This document shows, piece by piece, positions 17,339-25,412 of a stretch of DNA of 64,000 bases. The position numbers were made by a program, and so were the translations under genes. This stretch comes from Candidatus Dojkabacteria bacterium (GTDB lineage: Bacteria; Patescibacteriota; Dojkabacteria; SC72): assembly GCA_035271645.1 (NCBI GenBank), contig DATERJ010000012.1, positions 28,964 to 92,963 of the forward strand. The letters run 5' to 3'. Every line of letters begins with the position of its first letter. Positions within the stretch are counted from its first letter, which is position 1. The notes below the pieces were generated by a model. It saw only the letters and a list, made by a program, of their open reading frames with translations, was not told where the DNA came from and ran no database searches.

Positions 17339-18304
17339 GTGGCTAAGAAGAAAAACAAGTCTGCCCAAACAAAAACTACCCCAAAGAAGACAGTAAAGAC
17401 TGTCAAGAATCAAAAACCTGTTGCTAAAAATAGCATGGTTTCTAAGGTTGAGATTCAAGAGAAGAGAAGCAATACTTTATCCAGAATCATAGGGACAGTC
17501 CTGATTGTATTAGGGATTGCTTTGATAGGATACGGTGTTTTCTCATATATTAAATCAGATAAGGCTCCAAAGTTAGATGAGGCACTTACTCCTCCTACTA
17601 CGGCTCAGACATCAGCAATAACGAATGCTGAGAATATTGTCGTAAAGGGAGAGGCTGAAGGTCTTGATAAGGTCATTGTATATATCGACAATGAGGAAGT
17701 TGGTAAGGCAAGGGTAAACAAGGATGGAGAGTATGAGTATGAGCATGAAGTTGCAGAAGAAGGTAAATATATTGTTGCAACAGCAGGAGTAAAAGGTTTC
17801 TTCAAGAAGTTTGTCACTCCTAAGTCTGATCCTATCGTTGTAACTGTTGATAGAACAGCACCAGAGTTAACAGATATTAAATACTCAAGTGAGGTTGGTA
17901 CAGATAATTTCGGTGTAATTGGAAATGCAGAGCCTGAGAGTACAGTTGTTGTAAAGAGAGGTACAGATGTGTATGAGACAAAAGCTGATGAAACTGGATT
18001 GTTTGCAATTAAAAACATTGCTTTAGAAGAAGGACCAAATGTATATTCTGTTGAAGTTAAAGATAGTGCAGGAAATGTAAATGCAGTTGAGGAGAAGATT
18101 GAGGTTACATACTCTAAAGAAAGCAGTGTTAATGGAAATGCAGTTGTAGATGAGAATCTACCAGTTGCTTCAGGTGAGTTAGAAGCAGCACTCTCTGTAA
18201 TTAGAGATGGAAAGATTATGTTAATCTTAGGATTGATTGCATTTGTAGCATTCCTAGCTTCATCTGGAGTTGTTATCGCAAAGAGGCATAGAATCGAAGG
18301 TTAG
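17339..18304 (+). CDS. cell-surface protein with Ig-like (Big) domains and C-terminal LPxxG-like sorting signal
   Basis: GTG start with AGGA SD. N-terminal TM, two roughly 90-aa beta-rich repeats, C-terminal LPVASG + hydrophobic stretch + KRHR tail. Divergent from the sortase gene. Confidence 0.7.
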   Translation: MAKKKNKSAQTKTTPKKTVKTVKNQKPVAKNSMVSKVEIQEKRSNTLSRIIGTVLIVLGIALIGYGVFSYIKSDKAPKLDEALTPPTTAQTSAITNAENIVVKGEAEGLDKVIVYIDNEEVGKARVNKDGEYEYEHEVAEEGKYIVATAGVKGFFKKFVTPKSDPIVVTVDRTAPELTDIKYSSEVGTDNFGVIGNAEPESTVVVKRGTDVYETKADETGLFAIKNIALEEGPNVYSVEVKDSAGNVNAVEEKIEVTYSKESSVNGNAVVDENLPVASGELEAALSVIRDGKIMLILGLIAFVAFLASSGVVIAKRHRIEG

Positions 18305-18348
18305 TCTGTGCTATATTAAATAGTACATTAAGTTTAAGTAGGAAATCT

Positions 18349-19452
18349 ATGCCTAAGATATATTCTGTTGAGAGTAAAAAGGAGAACTCTAGTGGGTCTG
18401 GTATGAACAAAGTCGAAGTCCATTTAGATCCGAAGTTAGTTGCTTTGATATTAGTTATCTTAGCTATGATTTTCTTTGGTAAGCAACTTCTTTCTGTGAT
18501 TCTATTTATGATGTTGGCATTTGTATTTATGTGTACGATGAGGCCAATTGTTAGATGGTTTGAGAAGAAAGGGGTATCTAAAGGTTGGGCCCTTTTTCTT
18601 TCATATGCAGGACTGGTACTTGCCTGTGTGATATTGATTGCAATTATTGTAGTTCCATTTATCAACCAAATGGATAGTCTTGTAGCAACATTACCTAAAT
18701 GGATTGGGGAGATGATAGATTGGTTGAAGGGAATAAATATTGGTGGCAAGGGACTAGATACTGCAGAGATCGAGAAGGCAGCAACTGGTTGGTTAAAAGA
18801 TTTGACAAACTTGGGTAATGTTAAGAGTGTGACATCTGCAGTAAGTGGTATGTTTAGTGGTTTTGCTACATTCTTCTCAGCAGTAGTTCTTTCAGTATAT
18901 CTTGTTGCTGAGCATGATTCTCTGTCAGATGTTCTTTTTATCAGAATTAGATCAAAAGAAAAGAAGGACAGGGTAAAGCAGTTGATTGTAGATGTTGAGG
19001 ATAAAATAGGGAATTGGGTTTTAGGACAAGGTGCAGTTAGCTTGTTCGCTACTATTTTCTCAGCAGTAATCTTGTCAATCTTTAGAGTACCTTTCGCTGT
19101 TCCTCTTGCAGTTTTAGTAGGTATCTTAGATGCTGTTCCTACTGTGGGTGCAACATTAGCTGGCATTATTGTTGGCATTATTTCTTTGATTACAATTGGT
19201 CCTATTAAAGCAATAATAATATTGGTCTTAATGATGCTCTACCAGCAGGTTGAAAACAACATCATTATTCCAAAAGTAATGAGTAATGTTTCAGGTCTTA
19301 AACCACTATACATCCTTGTAGGTGCTATCATTATGTTAATCATTGCAGGACCAATAGGGGCAATTGTTACAGTTCCCCTACTCGTTATCGCAAAGATAGC
19401 ATATGAATTCTATGTAGACTTGCAAAAACTTGAAGCTAGGGGTATCGTTTAG
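18349..19452 (+). CDS. AI-2E family transporter (UPF0118/PerM-like permease)
   Basis: 367 aa with 7-8 TM helices and the family-typical conserved loop IPKVMSNVSGLKPLYILVG. Confidence 0.75.
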   Translation: MPKIYSVESKKENSSGSGMNKVEVHLDPKLVALILVILAMIFFGKQLLSVILFMMLAFVFMCTMRPIVRWFEKKGVSKGWALFLSYAGLVLACVILIAIIVVPFINQMDSLVATLPKWIGEMIDWLKGINIGGKGLDTAEIEKAATGWLKDLTNLGNVKSVTSAVSGMFSGFATFFSAVVLSVYLVAEHDSLSDVLFIRIRSKEKKDRVKQLIVDVEDKIGNWVLGQGAVSLFATIFSAVILSIFRVPFAVPLAVLVGILDAVPTVGATLAGIIVGIISLITIGPIKAIIILVLMMLYQQVENNIIIPKVMSNVSGLKPLYILVGAIIMLIIAGPIGAIVTVPLLVIAKIAYEFYVDLQKLEARGIV

Positions 19453-19487
19453 TAAAGTAAGATATAAATTTTGTACTGCCCAGTATA

Positions 19488-22031
19488 ATGGAGAGTGAGA
19501 GTAAGAAAACAACACCAGTATACTTTTTTGATGACTATTCAGCCAAAGAATTAAATGAAAACAAGGTTGGACGAAAAGGTCTAAGTCTTTTCAAACTTAA
19601 GGATATGGATGTACCTGTTCCAGAGTTTTTTGTGATTTCTACTGATACTTTCGTAGATTTCATGGTAAAGGCTTTTAAGGATGGGAAGGATAGGATTTTA
19701 GCGAAGGGAAGAAATCCAGAGAACAAAGAGGTTGAGGATATGCTTCTAAAAACAGAGTTCCCAAAGGAAGTATTAGATGAAATACTCTCGGCATATACAA
19801 GACTCTCTGGCTTTACTGATGCGTGGGTTTCTGTAAGGTCGTCTGTTTGTTTTACAGCAGATAAGGATGTTTCTTTTAGTGGTATATTTTCTACAGAATT
19901 GAATGTTAGAAAATATGATGAATTAGTCCAGTCGATTAAGAGAATATATGCATCGATGTTTAGCGATGATGTTGTAGCATATGCAGGTAGGATGAATATT
20001 GATTTGGCAGATGCAAAGATTGCTGTGGTAGTACAGAAGATGGTTCAGTCAGAAGTTGCAGGTGTGGTATATACTACCGACCCTGTCACTCAGGATAAAA
20101 CAAAGCTTAGTATTGAAGCAGTATATGGTCTGGGAGATGTAATCTCTCTTGGTGAGATAACTCCAGATACATATGTGCTTAACAAAAAAGACCTTTCTAC
20201 TGCAGAGATGTATATATCTCCACAAGAATGGATGAAAGTAAGGACTATGAGGAGAACAGGAAAAGGTACAGTAGGTGTTGAGAAGATAAAGATTTCAAAA
20301 AATTGGAGTCACAAACAGAAACTTCCTGATAGGGATATTCAAGAGATTGCGAAGATATCATTGGTGATAGAAGACAGGGGGAATGAAGCACAGAATATTG
20401 AATGGGTATTATCTGGTGGTCGATTCTGGGTGTTACAGAATAAACCAATTAGATATATCTCACTATCCGATGGGATACTAAAAGAAGGTGTGTATATTGT
20501 AAGGAAGAATGTTAGAGAGGTAATCTTAGGATTCATAGAGAAATACAAGAGTAAGGATGAGATGGTTACCTCTGCAATGACAGAAGCAAAGAAGATTGTT
20601 GAAAAGAACAATGATGAGGAGATAAAGAGACTTGAGAAATTGATAGTAGAGGCAAAGAAAGAGCTTGATAGTAAAGTTGCAGTTCCTGAGGTTAAACAAG
20701 ATGACTTCGTTATCTCAGGTATAGGTGCAAGTTTTGGAAAGGCAACTGGAAAGGTAAGGATTGTGTCTGGAGCTACAGATAAGAAATATACTAAAGATGA
20801 TATTCTTTTGATTAAGAAATATTCTTCAGAGATGGAATCTATGATTCTTTCTTCTGGAGGTATCATTATGGAAACAGGCGGTCTTACAAGTGATACAGCA
20901 ATTCTTTGTAGAGAGTTTAATATCCCAGCAGTAGTAGGTGCTACTGGAGCATCTACTCTGTTGAAAGAAGGTGACAGGGTTAGAATTGATGGTAATGCAG
21001 GGACAATATACAAGAGTGAGAAGTTAGCAACTGAGGAAACAGAGGTACATCCAGTTGTTGATGCATATACAAAGGGAGACCTTACTGGAATGGAGAGTAT
21101 TGAACCTGCTAAGGTAGAAGAAGTTAAAGAAGAGCTTCCACCTAAAGACTTCACCCTACCCCCTTCAGCTACAAGGGTCTTTTCAATGGTTACAGACAGT
21201 AGCAAAAAGATGTTTGAGTTTGTTGGTGATTCTCATGGATTGGTATATATTGATTTAGATAAAATAATGCTTGAAGATGGAAGACATCCACTTCAGTATG
21301 TGGAAGACAAAAAGTTTGTTGATTACACAAAGAAAATTTGTGAGAAAGTTTTGGAATATATTAAACTTGTACAAGGTGATGAAGTAGTTCTAACAATTGG
21401 TTCTAGTAAAGTGAGAGAGTTTAGGTCATTAGTTGGTGGTAAGAAGCAGGAGAATGCATCGGTTTCAGCAGAAGCATTTGGTGCCCAGCACTACATCAAC
21501 AATCCAGAGCTCCTTATCAGAGTTGCAAGGATAGTAAGGAGAATTAGGAATGTACACAAGAAGAGGAATGTTTCCTTAGGGATTCATGCAGTTATGAACG
21601 GTGACTTTATGGTCGAAATCAAAAAACAACTCTCTGGTGAGAACTTAAAGAGAACATCATCATTTAAACTCTATGCAGTACTTGATAACCCATCCGAAAT
21701 TATACTAGCCGATGAAATTGCTAATGCTAGAATAGATGGCATTATCCTCAATATGCCTAGGATTGCTATGCAGATGCAAGGATTTAAGATTGAAGATACT
21801 GATGCACATTACGATTTAGCAAGGCATAGTGTTTTCAAAGTTGTGGATAATCTTCTTGCTGAAGTGAAAGGAAAGCTAAGTCAGGTAATTGTTGTTGCTG
21901 AGGATAGTAAACCACTTCTTAGATATTGTGTAAGAGCTGGAGTGTATGGTGTTGCTGTTCTTCCTGAGGATATCAAAGATGCACGAAAAGCAGCTGCTGA
22001 TGAGGAAGGAAAGATAATCTTAGGAAAATAG
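19488..22031 (+). CDS. phosphoenolpyruvate synthase / pyruvate phosphate dikinase-family protein with non-canonical phospho-carrier motif (His->Asp)
   Basis: 847 aa. N-terminal PPDK_N-like ATP-grasp (VGRKGLSL). Central PEP-utilizer swivel motif GGLTSDTAILCREFNIPAVVG (canonical GG.T.HAAI.AREL.IPAVVG). The residue corresponding to the phospho-His is Asp (codon 20892-20894). Diverged C-terminal domain (IILNMPRI in place of GTNDL). Confidence 0.75.
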   Translation: MESESKKTTPVYFFDDYSAKELNENKVGRKGLSLFKLKDMDVPVPEFFVISTDTFVDFMVKAFKDGKDRILAKGRNPENKEVEDMLLKTEFPKEVLDEILSAYTRLSGFTDAWVSVRSSVCFTADKDVSFSGIFSTELNVRKYDELVQSIKRIYASMFSDDVVAYAGRMNIDLADAKIAVVVQKMVQSEVAGVVYTTDPVTQDKTKLSIEAVYGLGDVISLGEITPDTYVLNKKDLSTAEMYISPQEWMKVRTMRRTGKGTVGVEKIKISKNWSHKQKLPDRDIQEIAKISLVIEDRGNEAQNIEWVLSGGRFWVLQNKPIRYISLSDGILKEGVYIVRKNVREVILGFIEKYKSKDEMVTSAMTEAKKIVEKNNDEEIKRLEKLIVEAKKELDSKVAVPEVKQDDFVISGIGASFGKATGKVRIVSGATDKKYTKDDILLIKKYSSEMESMILSSGGIIMETGGLTSDTAILCREFNIPAVVGATGASTLLKEGDRVRIDGNAGTIYKSEKLATEETEVHPVVDAYTKGDLTGMESIEPAKVEEVKEELPPKDFTLPPSATRVFSMVTDSSKKMFEFVGDSHGLVYIDLDKIMLEDGRHPLQYVEDKKFVDYTKKICEKVLEYIKLVQGDEVVLTIGSSKVREFRSLVGGKKQENASVSAEAFGAQHYINNPELLIRVARIVRRIRNVHKKRNVSLGIHAVMNGDFMVEIKKQLSGENLKRTSSFKLYAVLDNPSEIILADEIANARIDGIILNMPRIAMQMQGFKIEDTDAHYDLARHSVFKVVDNLLAEVKGKLSQVIVVAEDSKPLLRYCVRAGVYGVAVLPEDIKDARKAAADEEGKIILGK

Positions 22032-22071
22032 TGGCTAGTTAATACATCTTCTTCTGTGATATACTTTCCAC

Positions 22072-24675
22072 ATGGATAGTACTCCGATGATGAGACAATA
22101 TTGGGGTTTTAAGAGACAATACCCTGATAAAATACTGCTTTACAGAATGGGTGATTTCTTTGAGACCTTTGGTGATGATGCAAAGATTACATCTAAAGTT
22201 TTAAATATTACTCTTACTAAAAGAAACAAAGAGAAAGATGCAATTGCTCTTGCGGGTTTTCCACATAAAGCGTTGGATCAATACCTTCCGAAACTGATAG
22301 AGTCAGGATACTCTGTTGTAATTGTAGACCAACTTGAGGATCCAAAGTTGGCTAAAGGAATTGTAAAAAGAGGAGTAACTCGAATTGTTACACCCGGTAC
22401 TGTTGATGGAGAACAAGCAAGTGCAATTAAAGATTCATATCTAGCTGCATTCTTTTTTGAAGGGAAAAATAGATATTGTTCCTTGGTTGATCTGTCTACT
22501 GGGAAGTTTTTAACACTCTCCCCTAGCCCATCTAAGGGATATGTAAACAATATTCTTTCTGCGTATGAACCTGTTGAAATTCTTCTTCTTGAAGGTGAAC
22601 AGAGTGAGGAGTTAGGAAATTCTCTTGTACATTTTGTAGAGAAAGGTTTGAGGAATTTGAAATATTCACAAGAGGTTGTTCAGGATTTTTACAATGTAAA
22701 AAGTATTAATTCTTTAGGAATAGAAGATGATTCTGCTGAAGTAGTTCCAGTAGCTATGTTAATTAAATATATTGAGGAAACACAGTTAATGAACCCTCAG
22801 CATATTCTGAAGCCTCAGAAGATTTCATTAAACAGTACCATGGTTTTAGATAGGGCTACAATTCGAAACTTAGAGATAATTAACAATTCATATACGGGTG
22901 GTATAGAGAATTCGCTTTTCTCTGTCTTGAACAAAACATGTACAAGAATGGGTACTAGATTACTCTACTCTTGGCTTCTTAATCCATTGATTGTTAAAAA
23001 GGAAATAGACCATAGATTAAATGTTACAGATAAATTTTTTCAAAATGAGAGTGTTTTAAGAGATGTAAGAGAGAAATTAGAAGGAATTAATGACATTGAG
23101 AGGGTTGTAGGTAAGATTGGGCTTAACAGAGTAACACCTAGGGATATAAAGGGACTGCAAGGATCGTTAATAAATTCTGATGAAATCCTTGAGATTCTCA
23201 AGAAAGATTTGAATATTAAATATGAAAAGTTAGATAGAAAATTCTTCACCAAGTTAGCAGAGAAGATAGAGGAAACGATTGCTGATGACCCTCCGATAAC
23301 AATTATGGAAGGAGGGATAATTAAAACAGGATTTAACAAAGAGGTAGATGAGTTAAGAACACTCTCTGGAGATAGTAAAGATTGGTTGAAAGAATTAGAA
23401 GAGAAAGAAAGAAAGGAAACAGGTATTCCTTCATTGAAAATAGGATTTAATAATGTGTTTGGATATTACATAGATGTTACAAAAGCACATCAGGAGAAAG
23501 TACCAGATAGGTATATTCGTAAACAGACATTAGTTAATTCAGAGAGATATATAACAGAAGAACTAAAGGAGAAAGAAGAGATAATCTTAAATGCTCGTGA
23601 TAATCTTAGTGCACTTGAGTATCAATTGTTTAATGAATTTAGAGAATCGCTCCTACCTAATCTTGGAAAACTTCAAGAGTTATCTAAGGTAATAGCCGAG
23701 ATAGATGTTCTTTCCAACTTTGCACATGTTGCAATTGAAAACTCATATTGCAAACCAGATATCTTTGAGATTGGTGAGAATGATGGATTGATTGAAATAG
23801 AGAAAGGTAGGCATCCGATAATTGAATCAATAGCTGATGAGGAATTCATATCAAATGATACTAAGATGTCTTTTAAAGAAGGTTGTATGTCTATTCTCAC
23901 AGGTCCTAATATGGCTGGTAAGTCAACATATATTCGTCAGGTTGCTACAATTGTTCTCATGGCACAGATTGGGTCTTTTGTTTCAGCAGAGAGTGCAAGT
24001 ATATCCTTGGTTGATCGAATATTTACAAGGGTTGGAGCATCAGATGATTTAGCAAGAGGAAGAAGTACTTTCATGGTAGAGATGGATGAGGCTGCTAATA
24101 TTGTAAACAATGCGACTAAGTATAGTTTGATAGTTCTTGATGAGGTTGGAAGAGGAACAAGTACATATGATGGTGTCAGTATTGCTTGGTCTTTAGCAGA
24201 ATATATTCTTAAAGAAGTTAAAGCTAGGACAATGTTTGCAACTCACTATCATGAACTTCTCAAACTTTCTGAAAAATATCCAGATAGTGTAAGGAATTAC
24301 AATGTTCTTGTTGAAGAAGATTTGGAGAAAGGAGTTGTAATTTTCCTAAGAAAGATTGTACAGGGTGGTACAGATAGAAGCTATGGAATCTATGTTGCTA
24401 AGATGGCAGGACTTCCCGAGAAGGTTGTAAAGAGAGCAAATGAGATACTAGAGAGCTTTGAGCAGAAGAATATGTTTACTGGAAAGTCTAGTGTAAGGGA
24501 GATTTCTTTTACAGCAAAGAGCAAGCAGGAGAAAGCTCGTTTAACTGCAATGCAGTATCCTCTCTTCTCTGCAAAGGATTCTGAAATTGAGAAAGAAATT
24601 CAAGGTATCGATACTGATAATCTTACTCCTCTTGAGGCACTTAAAAAGATTGTTGAGTGGAAAAAGAAAGTCTAG
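22072..24675 (+). CDS. mutS: DNA mismatch repair protein MutS
   Basis: 867 aa. N-terminal MMRQYWGFKRQYPD...GDFFE mismatch-binding domain. Walker A GPNMAGKSTYIRQVA. DEVGRGTSTYDG. C-terminal HTH region. Confidence 0.9.
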   Translation: MDSTPMMRQYWGFKRQYPDKILLYRMGDFFETFGDDAKITSKVLNITLTKRNKEKDAIALAGFPHKALDQYLPKLIESGYSVVIVDQLEDPKLAKGIVKRGVTRIVTPGTVDGEQASAIKDSYLAAFFFEGKNRYCSLVDLSTGKFLTLSPSPSKGYVNNILSAYEPVEILLLEGEQSEELGNSLVHFVEKGLRNLKYSQEVVQDFYNVKSINSLGIEDDSAEVVPVAMLIKYIEETQLMNPQHILKPQKISLNSTMVLDRATIRNLEIINNSYTGGIENSLFSVLNKTCTRMGTRLLYSWLLNPLIVKKEIDHRLNVTDKFFQNESVLRDVREKLEGINDIERVVGKIGLNRVTPRDIKGLQGSLINSDEILEILKKDLNIKYEKLDRKFFTKLAEKIEETIADDPPITIMEGGIIKTGFNKEVDELRTLSGDSKDWLKELEEKERKETGIPSLKIGFNNVFGYYIDVTKAHQEKVPDRYIRKQTLVNSERYITEELKEKEEIILNARDNLSALEYQLFNEFRESLLPNLGKLQELSKVIAEIDVLSNFAHVAIENSYCKPDIFEIGENDGLIEIEKGRHPIIESIADEEFISNDTKMSFKEGCMSILTGPNMAGKSTYIRQVATIVLMAQIGSFVSAESASISLVDRIFTRVGASDDLARGRSTFMVEMDEAANIVNNATKYSLIVLDEVGRGTSTYDGVSIAWSLAEYILKEVKARTMFATHYHELLKLSEKYPDSVRNYNVLVEEDLEKGVVIFLRKIVQGGTDRSYGIYVAKMAGLPEKVVKRANEILESFEQKNMFTGKSSVREISFTAKSKQEKARLTAMQYPLFSAKDSEIEKEIQGIDTDNLTPLEALKKIVEWKKKV

Positions 24676-25266
24676 CTAGACTGAGATGTAGTACCCGTGG
24701 TTGTATCTATTTCCAATGATTTTAATTCCAGTACCCTTCTTGGTTTTCTTGTTAATTCTAGAGATTGTACTTTTTGTTGAAGGATTCTCAATCTTACAAT
24801 ATGGTGATTCTCTCCTAATGATGTCTTCAAATGTTTTTAATTCTTGGCTTGTGAGAAGGACTTTGCAATTGTTGTATATTATTGCAGATTTATCTCTACA
24901 TATTGTAATTCCTTTGTACTTGTACTCCTTGCTTGTTACTTCAAGGTGACCTAGGTACTTTTTAATTAGACAGAAAAGCCAAAACTTAAATTCAGGTAGT
25001 GTGAGTATATGGTCTACTCCTTCGGCAGAAAGCTTCTCTATCTCTTGTCTGGATATTTTGTTGATAATGCAAATAATTTTACAATTCCATTTTACATCTG
25101 TAGGTATCTCTCTTCCATCGCGTTTGTCAATGATAATCAAATCTGCAGATCTGGAATCATTGTTGTTTACAGAAATCTCTGTTGAACTAAAAGTTCTTCT
25201 TAGTTCGTTAATTAGGTCTCTGTCCTTGCTTTTAATTAGTAATTTTTTTGAATATCTATCTGTCAT
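24676..25266 (-). CDS. winged-helix (OmpR/PhoB-type) DNA-binding protein with short receiver-like N-domain
   Basis: 196 aa. C-terminal YKYKGITICRDKSAIIYNNCKVLLTSQELKTFEDIIRR resembles trans_reg_C. N-terminal DLIIIDK resembles a receiver phospho-acceptor strand but the domain is shorter than a full REC. Confidence 0.5.
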   Translation of the reverse strand: MTDRYSKKLLIKSKDRDLINELRRTFSSTEISVNNNDSRSADLIIIDKRDGREIPTDVKWNCKIICIINKISRQEIEKLSAEGVDHILTLPEFKFWLFCLIKKYLGHLEVTSKEYKYKGITICRDKSAIIYNNCKVLLTSQELKTFEDIIRRESPYCKIENPSTKSTISRINKKTKKGTGIKIIGNRYNHGYYISV

Positions 25267-25374
25267 ACTTAAATGATACAGGAGAGTTATTACAAAATTG
25301 TTACTTTTAATAATTTTAGGAAATAATGTTTCGGATTCGATTTTGTTCGTTACATATGGGTTATATTGTATGTA

Positions 25375-25404
25375 TTGAAATTGCAGTGCTAAATAGGTTA
25401 ATAT
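25375..25404 (+). promoter_or_regulatory. candidate sigma70-like promoter (TTGAAA, 17-18 nt spacer, TTAATA/TAATAT) placing the TSS at or within 2 nt of the PBP1A ATG
   Basis: Hexamers read directly. No SD before the ATG at 25413. Confidence 0.3.
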
Positions 25405-25412
25405 ATTAAAGT

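Noticed and set aside
17605-18018. 137-aa minus-strand ORF
   Set aside because: Antisense to the Ig-domain surface protein gene. No independent signals.
18273-19178. 301-aa minus-strand ORF
   Set aside because: Antisense shadow ORF entirely inside the AI-2E transporter gene. Low-complexity, no motifs.
20339-21205. 288-aa minus-strand ORF
   Set aside because: Ser/Leu-rich antisense frame inside the PEP-synthase-like gene. The sense frame has clear family motifs.
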